From: Paragordius varius
Lineage: Eukaryota > Animalia > Nematomorpha
NCBI GenBank assembly: GCA_964247055.1
Contig: OZ176054.1
Location: forward strand, 682,001-746,000
Reading direction: 5' to 3'
Length of the DNA: 64,000 nt
Part shown: positions 43,701-55,037 of the stretch, piece after piece
Position numbering within the stretch: position 1 is the stretch's first letter
Layout: each line of letters starts with the position of its first letter
Program-made: the position numbers and the translations under genes
Notes under the pieces: model-generated
Databases searched by the model: none
Told to the model about the DNA's origin: nothing
What the model saw: only the letters and a program-made list of their open reading frames with translations

Positions 43701-46700
43701 TATAGTCTTACTAAGAGAATGTTAAAATAATAATTTTGTTCACCGGTGACCAATATTCGATTTTTAAGGACAAAGTTTAACTTGAGTATTGATGCGACTA
43801 GTTTTATACATTAATTTTTAAAGTATCGTTGTAAAAATAGGATATGAAAGAGTTGGCCAAACTATCTCTATATTTTGATGTAGTCCTACTAAGAGGATGT
43901 ATAAAAAATAATTTTCTTCACCGGTGACCAATATCCGATTTTTAAGGACAAAGTTTAACTTGAGTATTGATGCGATTTATTTATACGACTAGTTTTATAC
44001 ATTAATTTTTAAAGTATCGTTGTAAAAATCGGATATGAAGGAGTTTGTCAAACTATCTCTATATTTTGATGTAGTCTTACTAAGAGAATATATAAAAAAT
44101 TATTTTGTTCACCGGTGAGCAATATCCGATTTTTAAGGACAAAGTTTAACTTGAGTATTGATGCGACTAGTTTAATACATTAATTTTTAAAGTATCGTTG
44201 TAAAAATCGGATATGAAAGAGTTTGTCAAACTATCTCTATATTTTGATGTAGTCTTACTAAGAGAATGTATAAAAACAAATTTTGTTCACTGGTGACCAA
44301 TATCCGATTTTTAAGGACAAAGTTTAACTTGAGTATTGATGCGACTAGTTTAATACATTAATTTTTAAAGTATCGTTGTAAAAATCGGATATGAAAGAGT
44401 TTGTCAAACTATCTCTATATTTTGATGTAGTCCTACTAAGAGAATGTATAAAAAATAATTTTGTTCACCGGTGACCAATATCCGATTTTTAAGGACAAAG
44501 TTTAACTTGAGTATTGATGCGATTTATTGATACGACTAGTTTTATACATTAATTTTTAAAGTATCGTTGTAAAAATCGGATATGAAAGAGTTTGTCAAAC
44601 TATCTCTATATTTTTATATAGTCTTACTAAGAGAATGTATAAATAATAATTTTGTTCACCGGTGACCAATATTCGATTTTTAAGGACAAAGTTTAACTTG
44701 AGTATTGATGCGACTAGTTTTATACATTAATTTTTAAAGTATCGTTGTAAAAATCGGATATGAAAGAGTTGGCCAAACTATCTCTATATTTTGATGTAGT
44801 CCTACTAAGAGGATGTATAAAAAATAATTTTGTTCACCGGTGACCAATATCCGATTTTTAAGGACAAAGTTTAACTTGAGTATTGATGCGATTTATTGAT
44901 ACGACTAGTTTTATACATTAATTTTTAAAGTATCGTTGTAAAAATCGGATATGAAAGAGTTTGTCAAACTATCTCTATATTTTGATGTAGTCTTACTAAG
45001 AGAATGTATAAAAAATTATTTTGTTCACCGGTGAGCAATATCCGATTTTTAAGGACAAAGTTTAACTTGAGTATTGATGCGACTAGTTTAATACATTAAT
45101 TTTTAAAGTATCGTTGTAAAAATCGGATATGAAAGAGTTTGTCAAACTATCTCTATATTTTGATGTAGTCTTACTAAGAGAATGTATAAAAACAAATTTT
45201 GTTCACTGGTGACCAATATCCGATTTTTAAGGACAAAGTTTAACTTGAGTATTGATGCGACTAGTTTAATACATTAATTTTTAAAGTATCGTTGTAAAAA
45301 TCGGATATGAAAGAGTTGGCCAAACTATCTCTATATTTTGATGTAGTCCTACTAAGAGGATGTATAAAAAATAATTTTGTTCACCGGTGACCAATATCCG
45401 ATTTTTAAGGACAAAGTTTAACTTGAGTATTGATGCGATTTATTGATACGACTAGTTTTATACATTAATTTTTAAAGTATCGTTGTAAAAATCGGATATG
45501 AAAGAGTTTGTCAAACTATCTCTATATTTTGATGTAGTCTTACTAAGAGAATGTATAAAAAATTATTTTGTTCACCGGTGAGCAATATCCGATTTTTAAG
45601 GACAAAGTTTAACTTGAGTATTGATGCGACTAGTTTAATACATTAATTTTTAAAGTATCGTTGTAAAAATCGGATATGAAAGAGTTTGTCAAACTATCTC
45701 TATATTTTGATGTAGTCTTACTAAGAGAATGTATAAAAACAAATTTTGTTCACTGGTGACCAATATCCGATTTTTAAGGACAAAGTTTATTATGAGTATT
45801 TGCGACTTATTGATACGACTAGTTTTATACATTAATTTATAAAGTATCGTTGTAAAAATCGGATATGAAAGAGTTTGTCATACTATCTCTATATTTTGAT
45901 GTAGTCTTGCTAAGAGAATGTATAAAAAATAATTTTGTTCACCGGTGACCAATATCCGATTTTTAAGGACAAAGTTTAACTTGAGTATTGATGCGACTAG
46001 TTTAATACATTAATTTTTAAAGTATCGTTGTAAAAATCGGATATGAAAGAGTTTGTCAAACTATCTCTATATTTTAATGTAGTCTTACTAAGAGAATGTA
46101 TAAAAAATAATTTTGTTCACCGGTGACCAATATCCGATTTTTAAGGACAAAGTTAAACTTGAGTATTGATGCGAATAGTTTAATACCATAATTTTTAAAG
46201 TATCGTTGTAAAAATCGGATATGAAAGAGTTTGTCAAACTATCTCTATATTTTGATGTAGTCTTACTAAGAGAATGTATAAAAAATTATTTTGTTCACCG
46301 GTGACCAATATCCGATTTTTAAGGACAAAGTTTAACTTGAGTATTTGCGACTTATAGATACGACTAGTTTTATACATTAATTTATAAAGTATCGTTGTAA
46401 AAATCGGATATGAAAGAGTTTGTCAAACTATCTCTATATTTTGATGTAGTCTTACTAAGAGAATGTATAAAAAATAAATTTGTTCACCGGTGACCAATAT
46501 CCGATTTTTAAGGACAAAGTTTAACTTTAGTATTGATGCGACTAGTTTAACACATTAATTTTTAAAGTATCGTTGTAAAAATCGGATATGAAAGAGTTTG
46601 TCAAACTATCTCTATATTTTGATGTATTACTAAGAGAATGTATAAAAAATAATTTTGTTCACCGGTGACCAATATCCGATTTTTAAGGACAAAGTTTAAC

Positions 46701-49700
46701 TTGAGTATTGATGCGACTAGTTTAATACCATAATTTTTAACGTATCGTTGTAAAAATCGGATATGAAAGAGTTTGTCAAACTATCTCTATATTTTGATGT
46801 AGTCTTGCTAAGAGAATATATAAAAAATAATTTTTTTCACCGGTGACCAATATCCGATTTTTAAGGACAAAGTTTAATTTGAGTATTGATGCGACTAGTT
46901 TAATACCATAATTTTTAACGTATCGTTGTAAAAATCGGATATGAAAGAGTTTGTCAAACTATCTCTATATTTTGATGTAGTCTTGCTAAGAGAATATATA
47001 AAAAATAATTTTGTTCACCGGTGACCAATATCCGATTTTTAAGGACAAGTTTAATTTGAGTATTGATGCGACTAGTTTAATACCATAATTTTTAACGTAT
47101 CGTTGTAAAAATCGGATATGAAAGAGTTTGTCAAACTATCTCTATATTTTGATGTAGTCTTGCTAAGAGAATATATAAAAAATAATTTTGTTCACCGGTG
47201 ACCAATATCCGATTTTTAGGGACAAGTTTTTGAGTATTGATGCGACTAGTTTAATACCATAATTTTTAACGTATCGTTGTAAAAATCGGATATGAAAGAG
47301 TTTGTCAAACTATCTCTATATTTTGATGTAGTCTTACTAAGAGAATGTATAAAAAATAAATTTGTTCACCGGTGACCAATATCCGATTTTTAAGGACAAA
47401 GTTTAACTTGAGTATTGATGCGACTAGTTTAACACATTAATTTTTAAAGTATCGTTGTAAAAATCGGGGTTTGAAAGAGTTTGTCAAACTATCTCTATAT
47501 TTTGATGTAGTCTTACTAAGAGAATGTATAAAAAATAATTTTGTTCGCCGGTGACCAATATCCGATTTTTAAGGACAAAGTTTAACTTGAGTATTAATGC
47601 GACTGGTTTAATACCATAATTTTTAAAGTATCGTTGTAAAAATCGGATATGAAAGAGTTTGTCAAACTATCTCTATATTTTGATGTAGTCTTACTAAGAG
47701 AATGTATAAAAAATTATTTTGTTCACCGGTGACCAATATCCGATTTTTAAGGACAAAGTTTATCTTGAGTATTTGCGACTTATTGATACGACTAGTTTTA
47801 TACATTAATTTATAAAGTATCGTTGTAAAAATCGGATATGAAAGAGTTTGTCAAACTATCTCTATATTTTGATGTAGTCTTGCTAAGAGAATGTATAAAA
47901 AATTATTTTGTTCACCGGTGACCAATATCCGATTTTTAAGGACAAAGTTTAACTTGAGTATTGATGCGACTAGTTTAATACATTAATTTTTAAAGTATCG
48001 TTGTAAAAATCGGATATGAAAGAGTTTGTCAAACTATCTCTATATTTTGATGTAGTCTTACTTAGAGAATGTATAAAAAATTATTTTGTTCACCGGTGAC
48101 CAATATCCGATTTTTAAGGACAAAGTTTATCTTGAGTATTTGCGACTTATTGATACGACTAGTTTTATACATTAATTTATAAAGTATCGTTGTAAAAATC
48201 GGATATGAAAGAGTTTGTCAAACTATCTCTATATTTTGATGTAGTCTTGCTAAGAGAATGTATAAAAAATAATTTTGTTCACCGGTGACCAATATCCGAT
48301 TTTTAAGGACAAAGTTTAACTTGAGTATTGATGCGACTAGTTTAATACATTAATTTTTAAAGTATCGTTGTAAAAATCGGATATGAAAGAGTTTGTCAAA
48401 CTATCTCTATATTTTGATGTAGTCTTACTAAGAGAATGTATAAAAAATTATTTTGTTCACCGGTGACCAATATCCGATTTTTAAGGACAAAGTTTAACTT
48501 GAGTATTTGCGACTTATAGATACGACTAGTTTTATACAATTATTTATAAAGTATCGTTGTAAAAATCGGATATGAAAGAGTTTGTCAAACTATCTCTATA
48601 TTTTGATGGAGTCTTACTAAGAGAATGTATAAAAAATTATTTTGTTCACCGGTGGCCAATATCCGATTTTTAAGGACAAAGTTTAACTTGAGTATTGATG
48701 CGACTAGTTTAATACATTAATTTTTAAAGTATCGCGGTAAAAATCGGATATGAAAGAGTTTGTCAAACTATCTCTATATTTTGATGTAGTCTTACTAAGA
48801 GAATGTATAAAAAATTATTTTGTTCACCGGTGACCAATATCCGATTTTTAAGGACAAAGTTTAACTTGAGTATTGATGCGACTAGTTTTATACATTAATT
48901 TTTAAAGTATCGTTGTAAAAATCGGATATGAAAGAGTTTGTCAAACTATCTCTATATTTTGATGTAGTCTTACTAAGAGAATGTATAAAAAATTATTTTG
49001 TTCACCGGTGACCAAGATCCGATTTTTAAGGACAAAGTTTAACTTGAGTATTTGCGACTTATAGATACGACTAGTTTTATACATTAATTTATAAAGTATC
49101 GTTGTAAAAATCGGATATGAAAGAGTTTGTCAAACTATCTCTATATTTTGATGTAGTCTTGCTAAGAGAATGTATAAAAAATAATTTTGTTCACCGGTGA
49201 CCAATATCCGATTTTTAAGGACAAAGTTTAACTTGAGTATTGATGCGACTAATTTAATACATTAATTTTTAAAGTATCGTTGTAAAAATCGGATATGAAA
49301 GAGTTTGTCAAACTATCTCTATATTTTGATGTAGTCTTACTAAGAGAATGTATAAAAAATAATTTTGTTCACCGGTGACCAATATCCGATTTTTAAGGAC
49401 AAAGTTTAACTTGAGTATTGATGCGACTAGTTTAATACATTAATTTTTAAAGTATCGCTGTAAAAATCGGATATGAAAGAGTTTGTCAAACTATCTCTAT
49501 AATTTGATGTAGTCTTACTAAGAGAATGTATAAAAAAATATTTTGTTCACCGGTGACCAACATCCGATTTTTAAGTACAAAGTTTAACTTGAGTATTGAT
49601 GCGACTAGTTTTATACATTAATTTTTAAAGTATCGTTGTAAAAATCGGATATGAAAGAGTTTGTCAAACTATCTCTATATTTTGATGTAGTCTTACTAAG

Positions 49701-52700
49701 AGAATGTATAAAAAATTATTTTGTTCACCGGTGACCAAGATCCGATTTTTAAGGACAAAGTTTAACTTGAGTATTTGCGACTTATAGATACGACTAGTTT
49801 TATACATTAATTTATAAAGTATCGTTGTAAAAATCGGATATGAAAGAGTTTGTCAAACTATCTCTATATTTTGATGTAGTCTTGCTAAGAGAATGTATAA
49901 AAAACAATTTTGTTCACCGGTGACCAATATCCGATTTTTAAGGACAAAGTTTAATTTGAGTATTGATGCGACTAGTTTAATACCATAATTTTTAACGTAT
50001 CGTTGTAAAAATCGGATATTTAAGAGTTTGTCAAACTATCTCTATATTTTGATGTAGTCTTACTAAGAGAATGTATAAAAAATAATTTTGTTCACCTGTG
50101 ACCAATATCCGATTTTTAAGGACAAAGTTTAACTTGAGTATTGATGCGACTAGTTTAACACATTAATTTTTAAAGTATCGTTGTAAAAATCGGATATGAA
50201 AGAGTTTGTCAAACTATCTCTATATTTTGATGTAGTCTTACTAAGAGAATGTATAAAAAATAATTTTGTTCACCGGTGACCAATATCCGAATTTTAAGGA
50301 CAAAGTTTAACTTGAGTATTGATGCGACTGGTTTAATACCATAATTTTTAAAGTATCGTTGTAAAAATCGGATATGAAAGAGTTTGTCAAACTATCTCTA
50401 TATTTTGATGTAGTCTTACTAAGAGAATGTATAAAAAATTATTTTGTTCACCGGTGACCAATATCCGATTTTTAAGGACAAAGTTTATCTTGAGTATTTG
50501 CGACTTATTGATACGACTAGTTTTATACATTAATTTATAAAGTATCGTTGTAAAAATCGGATATGAAAGAGTTTGTCAAACTATCTCTATATTTTGATGT
50601 AGTCTTACTAAGAGAATGTATAAAAAATTATTTTGTTCACCGGTGACCAATATCCGATTTTTAAGGACAAAGTTTAACTTGAGTATTGATGTGGTTTAAT
50701 ACCATAATTTTTAAAGTATCGTTGTAAAAATCGGATATGAAAGAGTTTGTCAAACTATCTCTATATTTTGATGTAGTCTTACTAAGAGAATGTATAAAAA
50801 ATTATTTTGTTCACCGGTGACCAATATCCGATTTTTAAGGACAAAGTTTAACTTGAGTATTTGCGACTTATAGATGCGACTAGTTTTATACATTAATTTA
50901 TAAAGTATCGTTGTAAAAATCGGATATGAAAGAGTTTGTCAAACTATCTCTATATTTTGATGTAGTCTTACTAAGAGAATGTATAAAAAATTATTTTGTT
51001 CACCGGTGACCAATATCCGATTTTTAAGGACAAAGTTTAACTTGAGTATTGATGCGACTAGTTTAATACATTAATTTTTAAAGTATCGCTGTAAAAATAG
51101 GATATGAAATAGTTTGTCAAACTATCTCTATATTTTGATGTAGTCTTACTAAGAGAATGTATAAAAAATTATTTTGTTCACCGGTGACCAATATCCGATT
51201 TTTAAGGACAAAGTTTAACTTGAGTATTGATGCGACTAGTTTTATACATTAATTTTTAAAGTATCGTTGTAAAAATCGGATATGAAAGAGTTTGTCAAAC
51301 TATCTCTATATTTTGATGTAGTCTTACTAAGAGAATGTATAAAAAATTATTTTGTTCACCGGTGACCAATATCCGATTTTTAAGGACAAAGTTTAACTTG
51401 AGTATTGATGCGACTGGTTTAATACCATAATTTTTAAAGTATCGTTGTAAAAATCGGATATGAAAGAGTTTGTCAAACTATCTCTATATTTTGATGTAGT
51501 CTTACTAAGAGAATGTATAAAAAATTATTTTGTTCACCGGTGACCAATATCCGATTTTTAAGGACAAAGTTTAACTTGAGTATTTGCGACTTATAGATAC
51601 GACTAGTTTTATACATTAATTTATAAAGTATCGTTGTAAAAATCGGATATGAAAGAGTTTGTCAAACTATCTCTATATTTTGATGTAGTCTTACTAAGAG
51701 AATGTATAAAAAATTATTTTGTTCACCGGTGATCAATATCCGATTTTTAAGGACAAAGTTTAACTTGAGTATTGATGCGACTAGTTTAATACATTAATTT
51801 TTAAAGTATCGCTGTAAAAATAGGATATGAAATAGTTTGTCAAACTATCTCTATATTTTGATGTAGTCTTACTAAGAGAATGTATAAAAAATTATTTTGT
51901 TCACCGGTGACCAATATCCGATTTTTAAGGACAAAGTTTAACTTGAGTATTGATGCGACTAGTTTTATACATTAATTTTTAAAGTATCGTTGTAAATATC
52001 GGATATGAAAGAGTTTGTCAAACTATCTCTATATTTTGATGTAGTCTTACTAAGAGAATGTATAAAAAATTATTTTGTTCACCGGTGACCAAGATCCGAT
52101 TAATAAGGACAAAGTTTAACTTGAGTATTTGCGACTTATAGATACGACTAGTTTTATACATTAATTTATAAAGTATCGTTGTAAAAATCGGATATGAAAG
52201 AGTTTGTCAAACTATCTCTATATTTTGATGTAGTCTTACTAAGAGAATGTATAAAAAGTTATTTTGTTCACCGGTGACCAATATCTGATTTTTAAGGACA
52301 AAGTTTAACTTGAGTATTGATGCGACTGGTTTAATACCATAATTTTTAAAGTATCGTTGTAAAAATCGGATATGAAAGAGTTTGTCAAACTATCTCTATA
52401 TTTTGATGTAGTCTTACTAAGAGAATGTATAAAAAATTATTTTGTTCACCGGTGACCAATATCCGATTTTTAAGGACAAAGTTTAACTTGAGTATTTGCG
52501 ACTTATAGATACGACTAGTTTTATACATTAATTTATAAAGTATCGTTGTAAAAATCGGATATGAAAGAGTTTGTCAAACTATCTCTATATTTTGATGTAG
52601 TCTTACTAAGAGAATGTATTAAAAATTATTTTGTTCACCGGTGATCAATATCCGATTTTTAAGGACAAAGTTTAACTTGAGTATTGATGCGACTAGTTTA

Positions 52701-53794
52701 ATACATTAATTTTTAAAGTATCGCTGTAAAAATAGGATATGAAATAGTTTGTCAAACTATCTCTATATTTTGATGTAGTCTTACTAAGAGAATGTATAAA
52801 AAATTATTTTGTTCACCGGTGACCAATATCCGATTTTTAAGGACAAAGTTTAACTTGAGTATTGATGCGACTAGTTTTATACATTAATTTTTAAAGTATC
52901 GTTGTAAAAATCGGATATGAAAGAGTTTGTCAAACTATCTCTATATTTTGATGTAGTCTTACTAAGAGAATGTATAAAAAATTATTTTGTTCACCGGTGA
53001 CCAAGATCCGATTAATAAGGACAAAGTTTAACTTGAGTATTTGCGACTTATAGATACGACTAGTTTTATACATTAATTTATAAAGTATCGTTGTAAAAAT
53101 CGGATATGAAAGAGTTTGTCAAACTATCTCTATATTTTGATGTAGTCTTGCTAATGTATAAAAAACAATTTTGTTCACCGGTGACCAATATCCGATTTTT
53201 AAGGACAAAGTTTAACTTGAGTATTGATGCGACTAGTTTTATACATTAATTTTTAAAGTATCGTTGTAAAAATCGGATATGAAAGAGTTTGTCAAACTAT
53301 CTCTATATTTTGATGTAGTCTTACTAAGAGAATGTATAAAAAATTATTTTGTTCACCGGTGACCAAGATCCGATTAATAAGGACAAAGTTTAACTTGAGT
53401 ATTTGCGACTTATAGATACGACTAGTTTTATACATTAATTTATAAAGTATCGTTGTAAAAATCGGATATGAAAGAGTTTGTCAAACTATCTCTATATTTT
53501 GATGTAGTCTTGCTAAGAGAATGTATAAAAAACAATTTTGTTCACCGGTGACCAATATCCGATTTTTAAGGACAAAGTTTAATTTGAGTATTGATGCGAC
53601 TAGTTTAATACCATAATTTTTAACGTATCGTTGTAAAAATCGGATATGAAAGAGTTTGTCAAACTATCTCTATATTTTGATGTAGTCTTACTAAGAGAAT
53701 GTAGAAAAAATAATTTTGTTCACCGGTGACCAATATCCGATTTTTAAGGACAAAGTTTAACTTGAGTATTGATGCGACTAGTTTAACACATTAA

Positions 53795-53797
53795 TTT
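53795..53797. other. Target-site duplication, left copy (TTT); right copy at 57453-57455
   Basis: Uninterrupted monomers read CATTAA-TTTTT-AAAGTATCG (5 T). The flanks here give 3 T left plus 5 T right = 8 T, i.e. 3 bp duplicated. Confidence 0.85.
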
Positions 53798-53809
53798 CAC
53801 TGTGCAACA
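53798..53809 (+). repeat. Left terminal inverted repeat CACTGTGCAACA
   Basis: Exact reverse complement of 57441-57452; abuts satellite sequence. Confidence 0.97.
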
Positions 53810-53824
53810 AATTTTATCCTTTTC

Positions 53825-54154
53825 TTTTAGACCAGAGTGAAAATTACGACATCTTATAGAGAATTTTTTTCTGAAAATAATGATATATTTAATATTTTCC
53901 TAGCACATTTTCACGAGCCGCTAAAAGGTTTCAAAAATCCAAAAACCATCAAAAATGCCTGTTTTTGTAACCCTATAATTTTTTGAATTTTATAGCTTAT
54001 TATTTATTTTTTGGAGGATATTACAAATTATATTTTAAAATTCATGTAACATTTTAAAATTTTAAAAAATCTCTACTACTTTTTGATTTATTTGGAAAAA
54101 ACGAAACTTAGCTCCAAAAAAATAGCGTTTCAAAACAATGAAAAATTAAGAGAC
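53825..54154 (+). repeat. Left 330-bp subterminal inverted repeat
   Basis: TTTTAGACCAGAGTG...AAATTAAGAGAC aligns without gaps to the reverse complement of 57107-57436; 3 substitutions found by manual comparison. Confidence 0.97.
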
Positions 54155-54503
54155 ATACTGGCATCATTTGATTGACAGCTTTTCATTATACATTACTAAA
54201 ATAATAAAATTTAATTGTTTTTTTCTAAATATGAAAAATAGTATATATATTCAATGTTATAATAAATTTAATATTAAAATGGTAATATTTTTAAATTTAT
54301 TAATGTTAATGGATAATAAACTCTGTGTTTGAATTAATATTATATGATTTTTAGTAATATTTCAATTATGTTATTATATACTTGTTATTAATTTAAAAGT
54401 AAATTTAGTTATTCTAAATAAGGTTTTAAAAAATTTAATACAGAAATGATTTCAAAATTATAAATATATTAAAATATTTTTAATTGAAACACAATATACG
54501 AAT

Positions 54504-54647
54504 ATATTTATTATGAAAATTGATACTTGTTACATATTAATTGCATATATCAAATTTAAATTGTGTATAACCATATTAAAGCATAAAAATATTTATTATG
54601 AAAATTGATAAATGTTACATATTAATTGCATCAATATATCATATTTA
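54504..54647. repeat. Imperfect direct repeat with 85-bp period downstream of the transposase stop
   Basis: ATATTTATTATGAAAATTGATA..TGTTACATATTAATTGCAT starts at 54504 and 54589. Confidence 0.85.
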
Positions 54648-54729
54648 TTACATGTTAAATAAAATAAATGCATTAATTTATAAATTTGTATCAGATATTA
54701 TAACATTATATATTATACAAGTATGAAAA

Positions 54730-55037
54730 TTATTTTAAAAAGAAACATTTTTTGTAATTTTTCAGTTTATGATCTATATCAGGAACGCGATAAAGTGTCC
54801 AAATATAATCTGCCAACATCGCCGTATCACATTTCCCGTGATATCTATCTTCCATAGCTAAAATCTCCTGATGAAAGCGCTCCCCCTGTTCATCACTAAA
54901 TGCCCCTAAGTTATCTGGAAAATACTCCAGATGAGCATGAAGGAAGTGAATTTTGAGAGACATGCGCACTCCAAACTCCTGAAAGCATTTCATCATTTCG
55001 GCCACACCATCCTTGTAACACGGGAATTTGACATTTC
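54730..55037 (-). CDS. Transposase exon 4: MSLKIHFLH and DEQGERFHQ (catalytic Glu) region to TAA stop
   Basis: ORF track 54730-55005 extended to the acceptor TTTTTAAG|GA AAT GTC, giving FLGNVKFPCYKDGVAEMMKCF. Confidence 0.88.

Larger units (their letters stand above)
1..53797. repeat. Satellite DNA array (left arm), 178-bp monomer, about 300 copies, head-to-tail
   Basis: Monomer AAGTTTAACTTGAGTATTGATGCGACTAGT...TCACCGGTGACCAATATCCGATTTTTAAGGACA recurs continuously. Starts at 1, 179, 370 give 178 and 191 bp. Variants are 191 bp (13-bp internal duplication), 189 bp and 175 bp (TAA deletion). No orientation switch noticed. Confidence 0.99.

Noticed and set aside
50153-53781. Empty-site offset (3,628 bp) close to the element length (3,655 bp)
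   Set aside because: The offset equals about 20 monomers; coincidence, with no mechanistic link evident.
1-53797. CRISPR-like or spacer-acquiring array
   Set aside because: The variable segment takes only a few related states with no unique spacers. There are no cas genes, and the context is eukaryotic with introns.
53939-53947. CCAAAAACC, 8/9 match to the RSS nonamer, in both subterminal repeats
   Set aside because: About 134 bp from the heptamer, not 12 or 23; A-tract motifs are frequent here.
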